From assembly GCA_030141605.1 (NCBI GenBank), contig JAQGDQ010000314.1, forward strand, positions 62,001 through 126,000: a stretch of DNA of 64,000 nt. Direction: 5' to 3'. This document shows positions 51,640 through 64,000 of the stretch, piece by piece. Position 1 is the stretch's first letter, and every line of letters begins with the position of its first letter. The position numbers and the translations under genes were made by a program. The stretch is from Tubiluchus corallicola. Lineage: Eukaryota; Animalia; Priapulida. The notes beneath the pieces were generated by a model. It made no database searches. It worked only from the letters and a program-made list of their open reading frames with translations, and was not told where the DNA came from.

Positions 51640-52479
51640 TTAGTGTTCCGTACGAATATGCATTCTTCAAGATTTATTATTCAGTAAATAATTATTGCAA
51701 AAACAAAATTAGTTACTACTAATGAATAATAGCATATATTTCTATTTTATAATAACCCCTAATTAATTTTTCAATTTAAACCCCTGTAATACAGGAAGCG
51801 GCATGTTTTACTTTGCCCCCGTGCCTACTTCCTACAGGATAAAGAAAGGCTTTAGCTACGTGACTGATCTTTAGGGGAAGGGTTTTAAGTAGGCGCTTGG
51901 AATTGGAAATAAACGCATTTGTTGTAATGCCCCGGGGATTTGGGGTTACCACAATAGAAGCGCTTTAACATGTACCAAATGGTAGCCTAACAAGCAGACG
52001 CCGTTAACCTTACTAGGCCTATTTTAGATGTAAATATGTTAAGAAAAATTGTGCACAGTATACATCATCGAATAACTTTGAAATAATCAGAGTTTCAAAA
52101 TTTGTGTGGCGGTAAAACGTAGATCAAACTTAGGTACAACTGCAGACTCGAAGCTGTCAAATTTACAACGAAGCACTCCCCATGTTCAGTGTTTCAGATC
52201 ACTCGACCTCAAAAGTACCATGAATGGCTACAGTCTGATTAAACACTTTTTTGTATTTTTGTCAACTATGCAGTCTGTGCTGCCATTTGAAGTTGTATCC
52301 GCTTTTCTGTTATTTCTGCAAACCAAACCATCCCTAATTCTTTTTTTACAAAGTAAAGTCGTTTTTATCTTGTACCTAGGGTGGTGCACGTAAAAAATTT
52401 GCCCCTGCCTGACGATGGCGCCACTAGAAAAACATAAACACGAGGTTATTTCATCACATAATGCTTTATCGCTGTTTAG

Positions 52480-53170
52480 ATTTAAATAGCACTTACAGCG
52501 CAATAATTTATACGTAATTATATAAGGCGGTGTTTGTTGCTAATGGGGACTTCACCTTTCTTATTAAAGTGACAATTTTTACTACAATATCTGTAGAGGA
52601 GAGTCTTTGCAGTTCTCAAGAAGGAAGCCTTCTAATGTTCAAAGTAAAGAAAATAGGGCTTATCATTGCAACTGGATATGAGCATTCTGATTGCCTTTCC
52701 CTTCCTTTGGTGGATTTTCCAGCCATGATGACGTCCGTAAGCTTTTTTCACTTTTTTTCTAGTTTCTTCTGCTCAAATTAAGCCGGATTTTTCATTATGT
52801 TTCATTTTTGTTTTTTCTTGTTTCTTTTTTGACCAGCATTATTGGCAGATCTCAAGCATACTAAGATTTTCCTCTAAAAGTTTCGCTGCGCCTCTTACTG
52901 CAGACCTTTAGCATATCAAATAGGACTTCTAGATAATGACAGTTTTTGAGCCTGAAGGCTTATCTATGAGTCATCGGTTCATCTTCAAATCCTTATTAGC
53001 GCTCATTTAGTATCCTGAATACGTTTTTAACCAAGCCTTCTGATAGAGAACAGTTAATTTGGTTGTAGTAGTTCCTAGCCATTTGTAATAGAAAATAACT
53101 CTTGTACATCATTTTTATGCCGACTTGAGAGTGTGTACCATTCGGGAACACAGATCTGAACGCTGGGCAA
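52480..53170 (-). mobile_element. Possible decayed pogo/Tc1-like transposase C-terminal remnant
   Basis: Broken minus-strand frames contain ARNYYNQ and K-rich stretches; weak. Confidence 0.25.
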
Positions 53171-53929
53171 ACGAAATGTAATATGTGTTTGTTTGTTTTT
53201 GTTGTTTTCTTGCTTGTTTGTTTGCCTTTATAAACAACGAAAAAACTAGACTAATTGCAGTAATATTTGACCTGATATTGGGATGGTCCAAAGAAGTGCC
53301 TTAGTTTGTTTTGTTGCAATATCTCCTTGTGCAACAATTACGTCATTCTTTGTTTTTTTTTACTTCGTAGGTTCATTGGAAATGTAGTATAAATAATCAT
53401 TTCAAATGCAGTACCAAAAGCAATACTAATGAGCTCAATTAGTTAATTTACAAATTATTCACCTTTCAGTGCATTGATTGTGATTCTTTACTAAATCTCA
53501 GTTCCTACCCTGTAACAGTGAGACCTGCTTGTGCTACTGAATTCATTATCCTAATTCCACGTCATATTCTAATGATTAATGACCAGCCATTCTGTCATTT
53601 AGACAAGTATTTATATGTAAATGCATGATGTATGGTCAGATCTGAGCCCCAGCTGATGTCTTGATATTTCTGCCTTTGTTGGGAGTGTGTACCCCACTGT
53701 TTTTGAATCAGAGGCTCGATTAATCAGACGCAAATTACTCGTGCTGCTGGAAGAGGGCGATGCTGACGGCGTATGTAATTATCCTTCAGGGCTACTAGCT
53801 TGTTGATTGTCAGAATCGATGCAAATTTTATTCTCAGATCCATGTTTCCCGCTTGTAATAAGTACATATATTAAACAGATTGTTGTTTCAAAATTTCAAT
53901 TTTTTTCTGTGGTTTGTTTACTATGCCGC

Positions 53930-54178
<249 letters not shown>

Positions 54179-54882
54179 CTTGCTCTCCTTTCTCTGTTGT
54201 CAGCTCACAAGTGTCTTATGGTCTATTGGGTATCTGACCACCAATCCTTTCTTCCTAGCGTTTCGAGTGCTACCTTAAGTGTCCACTCTTCCAGCTGCAT
54301 GTCTTGCTTTTGTCCACAACTTCCTTGCCTATCCTTACTCCGAGAAACACTTTTGAACTAAATTTCTTAAGATGTGGTTTAACAAGTTAGTTGCAGACGA
54401 ATGGTGGGATCACTTAATTTTGCAACTTGCAAAGTCTGAACTTGAAAGCATACTTCTCTTGTAACGCTGGTTACATGCGAGATGTTCAATTTTCAGATTT
54501 CATGAAAAAATTCTTATGATTTAATAAACGGTGTATTTCGTTATTTAGTACAATGCGACCGTTACCAAATGTCATGTTTTCTTTTTAACTTTAAGTTAAC
54601 TTCATAATTAATTTAAATTACATGTGTGTGTGTGTGTGTGCAAAATGGATTAGAATAAGTCCACCTTTCTAAATCTGCCACCCTAAGGGGCTTCAAGGAC
54701 AGCCACTATTGTAGTACGATATTGTTATACCTGTGGCCATCTGACAGTACCTGTAATTACCTGTAATTATCAGTTGAGCCTATTTAGCATGTTGAAATTT
54801 TATTCTTGAAGAGTACAAGCCTGGGGATACTGTGCAGCTCATTATACCTGTTTAGTTACAAGATTAACTGTCAGGATGGCTA

Positions 54883-55016
54883 TGATAGCTCCAAGCTGTA
54901 TTGTTACTATTGTCATGTATAAAAAGTTTAGTAACTGAGTGCCGTGTCTGTGATAGCTCCAAGCTGTATTGTTACTATTGCCATGTATAAAAAGTTTAGT
55001 AACTGAGTGCCGTGTC
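54883..55016. repeat. 68-bp tandem duplication (2 copies, 1 mismatch)
   Basis: tgatagctccaagctgtattgttactattg(t/c)catgtataaaaagtttagtaactgagtgccgtgtc starts at 54883 and 54951. Confidence 0.95.
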
Positions 55017-57649
55017 AGCTAGTTTTAAGATTTGAATAGCGTCGTTTAAAGCAAGCATTCCAGATAGTCTTTGATGGGAAAAGTTTGAAATTGTTGGATA
55101 TATTTTTTTAAATTGAGACTTTGAAACTGAATCTATGGAATTTTAAAACTGAACCCATTGGATCTTGAAAATGGATGTATGCAGTTTAGTTTTTAAAACT
55201 ATGCATGCGATATATAACTGAATGCAATCATGGATATTCAAATAACTTTTGAAATTGAAAATGGTTTTTGTTGGTGGGATAGTCAGCCAAGGAATAAGGG
55301 ATTTTGAGGCAGAGTTTATGCGAATTTTGAAACTGAAGGCATTTTTCTCTGCACTTTACGTGCACGATTTTAATGAAAGACATGCTCAGTGTAGCTCTAT
55401 TCAGTTCTTTTCTTTATTCGTAGTTTCTTTTTTCTGTTTTTATAAGTTGTTTGCCTTCCTGCAGAAATTGTAAATAATTGGTGTGTAGTTTGCTTGTTCT
55501 CTGCTTGAGTAAACTGTGTATGTAGGAGTGGCAAACACAATAGACTCTGAGTAATGAAGTGAGAATTATCCAAAAAATCTCACCAGAGACTGGGGTTTAC
55601 TGAGGCTAAGTGGATTTGGTGGCTTTATAATTCCTGTGTCAAGTGCATGCGTACTGAATTTTCTCAGGCTATGTAAAAAACGTTGATATTGTTTTGAATT
55701 TTAGGACAAATTTTTGTGTAGATTTCAATTTTTTGTCTATTTTAAAGGAAACCAAAATTAAAAGGTGTTACTTCGGTTTAAGATTTCGTTTTGTAGACTC
55801 CTGGTTTTTTATTTGAAATTAATTAAGACACTAAGTTTTATTGTATTTAGTGTTTTAACACGATGGGCGAAATTTAGAATTAGATCTTACACATTTATCC
55901 GCTTTTGATTAAATATTTTACTACTGTGAAGCTGTAGAATGAGTCTGGGTTACTTACGCTCACACTTTTTTGTCATGCACTATAAAATTTTTCCATTGTG
56001 CTTCACTAACTAACCTTTACAGAACAATTTAAACTTTCTTTTAGCATCAGTTTTTTTACAATCGCAGTGTACCCTCTTAACCAGCTATAACTGCTGTCAT
56101 TAGGGTTACTTATAGCCAGAAAAAAAGCTAAAATTTGCTGCTAAATCACCTCCTTTAAGTAATTGCACAACTTAAAGTGGCCATGTTTTGCGGCCATTTT
56201 TTACTCCATTTATATAGATTTCCGATTCGTGAGACGCATTGTTGACGACAGTTGCTGCACCGTCTTCTAATTTACACGTATTAGTGCTTAGCAATAAGGA
56301 AATAGTGTAAGTTTTATGGACAACGTATCATTTGGTACCATACAATTACCTATATAAATGACCAGGAAGAAACCGTGTTAAAATTGATAATATTGGATAC
56401 ATTACAAAGCCGTGACTTCTGAGGTATGACAAAAAATAACTATACTACAACACACTTAGTGTTCGAAATCGGAGGACATGCAATGCCAGAGGGGCACCAG
56501 CTTGCGGTTTCTCTTTTATTACAGATCGAACTATTCGAAACGCTTGTGTGTCTAACGAGTAAAATCAACTGTCAAAAGGCCCAGAGTTGGAAATTGGCTT
56601 TTGATCGATTACCGTTGTGACCCGTGAGGTATGATTAAGACCCAGCCACACCTATGCCGTTAATGACCCACATAGAATTATAGTGACCTATATCTTGCCA
56701 AAATTTATTTACACTGACCCGATTTTGTTTTAGCCATGAACTGTACTCTTCGCAAAATTTTAAATATAAGAAGTCACAGAAAAATTAAGAAAAGTAAACC
56801 GGGTTTGTACGTAATACGACTTACATTGTCCTATATCATATTATAAGAAAAAAGCTAATCGAACGAATCCTCTGTCGCCATTATGACCCGTGTCTTTCAG
56901 TATTCCATTTGTAGCTCTAGGAAGAACATCGTGCATCATACATATTTTTCTTTTCTCTTTTATATATACACATATTGTTCTAAACGTTTGTGGTCCCGTA
57001 AGGTAAAAGACTACAGTGCAAGGGCTGTAACACGGGGAAATAACCAAGACTGGGCCTTTCCGTCCTTTTTCGTGGGTTCTCTTGTTTGACGTAGAAGTCG
57101 ATATTTAGCACTTATTGATTGAACTTGATGGCAGTTTAAGACGTCTGTGTCAACTGCTATTTGCAACTGACTTTTGTTAACAGTCATAAACACCATAAAA
57201 TGACTAGAGTTAGAGACAAAGTACACAGTGACAAAGAAGGGGCGTGAGAGATATGAAATCGCGTTAAAACCATTACTTCATGCTTAATCCAACCTGTGAA
57301 AATGTGCTATATAAAAAAAACTAGGGTGAACAGATGCTCAAACTGTAGAAAGTTATTGTAGAAAGTTAGGGATTACATGTATTTTTTTCAGAAGGCATAC
57401 TGTACACGACACTGCCCCTCAAAAGTAGTAAGTGCCAGATTGCTGAAATTGCTGACGCTAAAGTGTTGAGTAAAAAGTTTCCGACGGCGTTTAAAACTTG
57501 CTTTGGCTCATAAAAGAAACTTTTAGAATGCTGTTAGAATAATCATTAACAAGTGCTCAACCTGTCATCACCAGACGCGTTTAGTCGAAAATGAGGTTCT
57601 TTTATGATTTCGCCGATGTAGTGTGGATCAAAATGTTTCTTTATCTGTG

Positions 57650-58056
<407 letters not shown>

Positions 58057-61000
58057 CCTGTCGCTTCTTTCTGTTTTGCCTTATCTTTATCTTTTTCTCG
58101 TCTTTTCTTTCTATTCATTTATTTTTCTCTTTCGTGTTGTTCTTTCTATTTCTTTTCTTTTACCTTTCCGCTCCTTTTCTCTATCTTCGTTGCTTCTATT
58201 TCTCCATTGCAATATTACTTTCCCCAATTTCACGGCATGAAATTCTTTGATACTAGCATAATTAGAGTAAAATTTGAACTAGCCGTTAGATAAACACTGC
58301 TAGCGAATAACAATAACGAACGCTCATATTTGTTTATTATAGCAAACAACACGAGCATACTTGAGTAATGAGTGGCAAACCCATTTATTTGTTTATTTAT
58401 TTTGCTTGTTTATTTTACATACCACTTTGCATGGGAGCAAGTTAAGTGGGCTACTCGGGTGTTTTTGATATCGAATACGTTGAACTTGTTGAATATTTTC
58501 CATTGTGTCAACACCTGCCTCGTTCTTTCGTCTTTTTTAATTAAATACACCTTGATTTCATGATGTGCAAATCTTGTCTGTCAAAGATTTCGTTTGTTCT
58601 TCCAGTTCCCACTGCCATGCCGAGAAATAATTTCTCCATCAATTGCGCCTGGTGCCTCGACTGTACCTGAAAGGACAGCAGTAGTCACGTGATACTATGC
58701 ATTTGCTCTGCTCACGTTCTCGTGAATGGACGCTTGCGTTGTTAAGTGTGTGTACTACTGCAACAAAATACTTGTTGTGATCAAATGCAGTGGATGAAGA
58801 TGTATTTTAGTATGTGGTTATTTCGCAAACGCTAAAATTTTTCACTGTAATGTGCAAAATAACGTTGTGTTGCGTGTAAAAGTGCAGCTATATGTGGCAG
58901 TTTTTGTAGATCGTTTTAACGGTGTTTACAACTATACCATTTGTGTTTGCTTTTTTTATTCTTTGTTTGACTATGAAGGCTTTGGACTGGTTGTCTGACT
59001 GTGATCACAAAGTTTAAATCATTATTTGTTGTTCTCCTTTCTGTCTATGGATAAGGAGGAGGAGATTATTCTGGCAATTCGGATTATTTTTTAACCTATC
59101 ATGATTAAATTATCTTGGGGGAACTGACTAATTGCGTAGTGTCATTGCAGGAAGTGACAGGTTGTTCTTACAAACAAACCTTAGCTTATTTTATGGACAT
59201 CGAAAATGTCATTCATAACTTACAACTATAGGCTATAGCTGAATCAGTTGTCATTGCAGCAGTACTTGCAATGTTAGTATGTTGTATAATGTTAAATGCT
59301 GTGTATACATTAATATTACATTAATAGAATTTGTAAACGTCAGAAATGCAAAGATGTACATTAGGGCTTCTTTAATTTGATTAAATTTAATGTCGAAAGT
59401 TTATTCTGCAGTGGCATTTAGGGTCAGTGGATTTATCTTTCCTCGTCTGGAAACAATGTTTAGTAGAAAACTAGCTATGTGTGTGTTCACTGTGATGTTA
59501 AGTTGCCAGTGAATTGATTCTGGCTCTCATCCAGCTGTGCCGGCCGGCGGATTTTTACCGGATTGTGTCGGATTGCCTGGCCTGGCTGATAGTCGGTTCA
59601 CTAACAATAACAACATCATCATTCTCCTGCTTTTGAGTGAACATTCCCGGGTTAAGTTTTGGGGTGCAAAGCTTCTCAGAGAATCGACGCTAAGTCTTGT
59701 AGAGCTTAAAGACTATTGGCATCTTGTTTTCTTTTGCCGCCTAGTGTTTATTTTTCTAATCGCTTCGCCTGAATCTGTAGGATTATCCCGTCTTTATTAT
59801 AAACTCGAAGTGAGTGAATTGGTGAATAGTAGCTGAACGGGCATTAACCCTTTCTGCTGCAACTGTTCTCTGTCAGAAGCCCTTGACGGTATCAAAACAA
59901 AAAAATCCAATTTAAATTGACTCCCCCCTCTCTCTCACTCACTCTTCCGTCTTTCTTCCTCGTCCTCGATGAATTATGCATTTTCAAATTTAAGCTAGCA
60001 TTAGTCGTAGGCGATCATTAGCGAGATCGAGCTACGAAAGCTTATTTTTCGTGAAATATAAGAATGCCGAAGAACCTTGGCTTTCGCATAATTTTCACAT
60101 TTTAAGGAGCTTCACTCATTTCGTCTTGGTTCGCACTCTTGGTCAATTATATGAAACACGTTAAATTGCTGTTTGCTAAAACAGAGTTGCTAGGTTACAT
60201 TATCTTGTTTCCCGGGCATTTACAACTTGATGTGCTCTATCCAGTGTTCGGTATGTAAGGAAGTGATATTTTAAACCGCGGCAAGCTAGGCTTGTGTGTC
60301 AGCCTTGAGTTTGCCTTGTCAGGGTACTCGGAATTGCAATCTCTCAGTACTTGGAATTGCAATTTCTCACTTGTAAAATAATTTCAGAGTGTGAGTGTCA
60401 TTTTCAAATGATACAAAGAATCTTTGAAGTTTAACTATCAACTTCAGGTGACGCATAATAGCGGTCACTCAGTATGGCGCCGAGGACAAAAAACGCCAAA
60501 GCAATGAGAAGCATTGGATGTATTGCATTGTGTACCTTTATGACATTCACTTTAAATTATCCGTCGTTATAAATTTAGATGGCAAAACAGTAACAGTATG
60601 GGTTAAAAATGTGCTCTCCATTACCAAATAGAAGGTGAACATAAGTAGGATGCGAAAGAAATGGTTTCTCATGATAGCCTGTGTTTAATATTGTCCTTCT
60701 CCAAAATTTAGTCACATAATATGCACACAGTGATTATAAATACAATCATAAATGTCGGTTTAGTGTATTTGTAAACGCAGAAACCAGTTGTAAAATCAAA
60801 AGCTATCTGTCTCAAGCCAAGTTTGTTGGCTGACTTGGGTGTTTGTAAAATCAGATACTCAGGAATCTGGATCATTTACAACTTGTGCTTCTTACATGAA
60901 ATGCCCCAGTCTCCTTGCCACAGGTTCACTAACCCAGTGAATTTAACTGAACGTTCCCACCAGAATCAGAAGATCATTGTGTTGTCTCCCCGGTTTTATA

Positions 61001-61240
61001 GCCACAATTAAAAGCGCATTAAAAGGATGGAATTTTGACCAGCGTTCGAGTTACGATAATTTTTCTTTTTTCAAGGGTTTGGCTTTTAAAGCGCAAAGTT
61101 TTTCAAGTGAATTTTTATGTGAGACGTGACACTTGGAATCTGGCTCACTTTTGATCACGTGACTAAATCAGAATTACGAAAATAACGATTTTACAAGCTC
61201 TGCGCATTTCCAGTGCACTGGGGATTCAAGTATATCTTCC

Positions 61241-61345
61241 GGCGAGCTGATAGCTGAGTGGTCACGTGCTTGTGTTTGGCTACAAAGAAGTGAAGCATCG
61301 CCGAGTCTGGTTGGTAAATAGATGGGTTAGTGCCGGAAAAAGGTC
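61241..61345 (+). mobile_element. SINE head: tRNA-like A-box fused to a 5S rRNA-derived segment
   Basis: ggcgagctgatagctgagtggt (tRNA A-box-like), then gaagtgaagcatcgccgagtctggttggtaaatagatgggt. This resembles the 5S internal control region gaagctaagcagggtcgggcctggttagtacttggatggga. Confidence 0.6.
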
Positions 61346-64000
61346 TTCTGATTGTCCTGCATCTGTCAATCTGGCTTTGGCTATTTCTTGTGTTTTAAAG
61401 GACATAATATGCATCCGAATGTGGCAAAGACAGCTCAATCGGTTCTGTGTGATTGTGTCTTATCTTAGAGGCTTTTATGCTTAATGATAACCTACGTTCC
61501 GTTGAAACCACAATCATTCAACATTACTGTCATAGTATGCGGTCTGTCGTCAGACGTTGGTTGCTTGATTCTCAGCTTACAGTTTGCCAAATTATAGGAA
61601 AGTGATACGAAGTACTTTATGACGGAAGTACTGTGGGAAGTAAGGGTACTGTGGCTGCCTTTACATTAAACTTTTACACAATACATTTTGCACTGTATCA
61701 TTATCTGATTAAGAAATTTGCAAACAAAGTCTGTAAATGCGTCACAAAATACGTATAAAAAGGCATTACTCACGCTTTACCTATTTTACTGACCGGACAA
61801 GGATTGGTTAATCTTGTGCACAGGTAGAATTTGTGTTTAAATAATTCTAATGCCAACACAGCGGCAGTAACTATTTTATTGTGTTAGTTCTGTTTACACT
61901 TCAGGCCAGTCAGATTGAGAATTTATACAGTCTATTTTGCTTGACTTATTTTTTAATGAATGTTCAACAGAAATGTTTAAACCAAGCATTGAAGTTTTAA
62001 AGTGATTAAAGTAATTCCATTAATATTTAGTTCACGATTTTATTATGGGCAAAAATTCTTTTAAATAAGTCTTTGCAACCCATTAGTATTTCAAAAAACT
62101 TGTTGGACAACATTTAGGGCGTTTTTTAATCTACATTTTTAAGAATGCTCTGTTCGCTTTTAATTGTGACCATGTTTTGTACAAGCTTCGATAAAAACTC
62201 AAGCTACACGTTGAATTTCTAAACGTTGTAAAACACCCAGCGGGCATCGGTCTTTAAAGGTAAAGTCTAATTTCTAAACATCACAACCCAGTATACATAA
62301 CTATAGAAGATCCGTACTAGTTGGAGTAGATGTAGTAACAGAATTCCACAAAAGCCTTTTGTTGTCTGTGAAATCTTTGACATCACAAAGCCAAGAAAGT
62401 GCGAATCTGGTTAAAGAGGAATGTGATTTTACCTTTCAATAGCAAGAACGGGTTAGAGGCGCTTGCCGCGCTACAGGAGGTGAAAGCAACCTGTGAAGAG
62501 GAAAAGTTATCCTAAGAGATGCCTAACTGAGCATTAAGAGCCAGTCAAACTGGCGTAAGTCTACTTATTTATTACTGGGCCCGGGAAAGATTTTTGGGTA
62601 AGGTTCGTAGCCAAGAAAAAAAGGAGCAAAGCACATGGAGAGAGAAAGGGAGGGGGAGGTTTTAAGAAGAGAAGCTTTTTTATGTTTCAATGTTGAAGTA
62701 TTAGCACACTTTGGAGAGAAACAAATCATTTCAATTATCGGTTTTTCTTCAGAGTGTTAAGGATTTTTTTTGCAAGGTCGTTCTTTTAAACAAATAAGAA
62801 AGCCTATTCTCTTTCTTTCTGTGTTCCAGATAAAGTTCTCTGTAGTAACAAAGGGTTTTACGGATTAGATTTCTAGTTCATGAGCACTGTTATTCATGTC
62901 CATTCATTAATGGCGGCTTGAATTTTCTATCGAAAAGCTGATTGGACACTTTTTCTTTTGTCAAGAAATCGTCAGGAATTTAAAGCTTTCAATTTTCTCG
63001 GAGTTTTACGATGGGCGTGGAGGATGTTTCTCACCTTTCTTCCATAAAAACTAATTAGTCTTCTATTTGGTGTGGTTAGTTATGGTTAGCGAACAGCTCC
63101 CTCTTCTAATGTTACGCTTATTTTACTAGATCACACCTCCTAGTAGCCAGATTTGTAAACAAATCTAAACATGTTTCTTGGGTGTAACTGCATCTGGGAT
63201 TAGCGGAGATGGTTATAACGACTCTTTTGTCAGAACCCTTTAAAGAGATAGCCTAGACGTTTAGAGCACTATTACGAACTCTAAGTGGATGTCAGTGGTT
63301 AAGACTGTCTTGGAATGTGATACAGTAATAGTTGCTTTGGTACGTTGGTACTTTGCCAGTTTTTCCCTCTACTCTTTGTAATAGTGCCCCATCATATGAA
63401 TGCATCTGTCCAACGAGTTAGAAGTAGAAGTGTGAAATCGTTATTTTCTTAGAAAATGGATGAAGTAGTTCTAAACTCGATGTTGGGTAACTTCTGAAAA
63501 AACATGCTCAATAGGCCAACCGTTGGGTCGCTAGATTGTGCAGCCACCAGTGTTGTTTTCTTTAAATTGAGAAATAGAACTTTATTGCTTTAGGTATAAG
63601 AGTTTATTCACTTACTAGGCTTGCTAATGGATGTGGCACTGAATCATCTGAATCTCTCATTAGGAAGTTATCAGTCAGTTCAACGGTAGCTGTTTTGCAC
63701 ATCTGTTTGTTTTTAAATGGGGTATAATTTGCCTATAAATTTATAGACTTAATATAAATTTTGAAGTAGATTTGAGTTTCTATGTCACATTCAGGCTTGG
63801 TTTCATAAATTCTAGCATTTGCATGCACGTCAGCTAAAAGATTTATGATATCAATATTTGCCTACACTTACTCATCTAGTTACCTTTACCCAGTGAACTC
63901 ATCTGTACAAACAATCATATTTACAATTGCAGTAAAACTGTTTGATAAGCTATGTAATAATAATTTCGTTTAGGACATAGTCCAGTAACAACACCTTAAA

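Noticed and set aside
53506-53520. taccctgta resembles the miR-10 5' end
   Set aside because: Only a 9-nt match, with no hairpin.
61287-61340. 5S rRNA gene
   Set aside because: Only a diverged internal fragment is present; both 5S ends are missing.

Overview
Animal-like eukaryotic DNA: AT-rich, with GT-AG introns, many (CT)n tracts and MITEs, and no prokaryotic operons or CRISPR array. The only well-supported protein-coding gene is on the - strand at the left edge. Exon 1 (~4029-3342) encodes a putative signal region and a short divergent LRR stretch. It splices through a phase-1 intron into one uninterrupted exon (2367 to <1) encoding an LRR C-terminal cap, a degenerate EGF module, an RVKR furin-type site and at least 17 tandem EGF repeats running off the window. 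The ORF track misses this exon because it has no stop. The remaining ~57 kb looks like the 5' region or very long intron(s) of a divergent + strand gene, with several candidate alternative first coding exons, all ending in phase 0. It is filled with a decayed RTE-like LINE, hAT, piggyBac and Harbinger derivatives, a decayed Sola-like transposase, tRNA- and 5S-derived SINEs, one 35-bp minisatellite and many microsatellites. All calls are from manual reading; no database searches were run.
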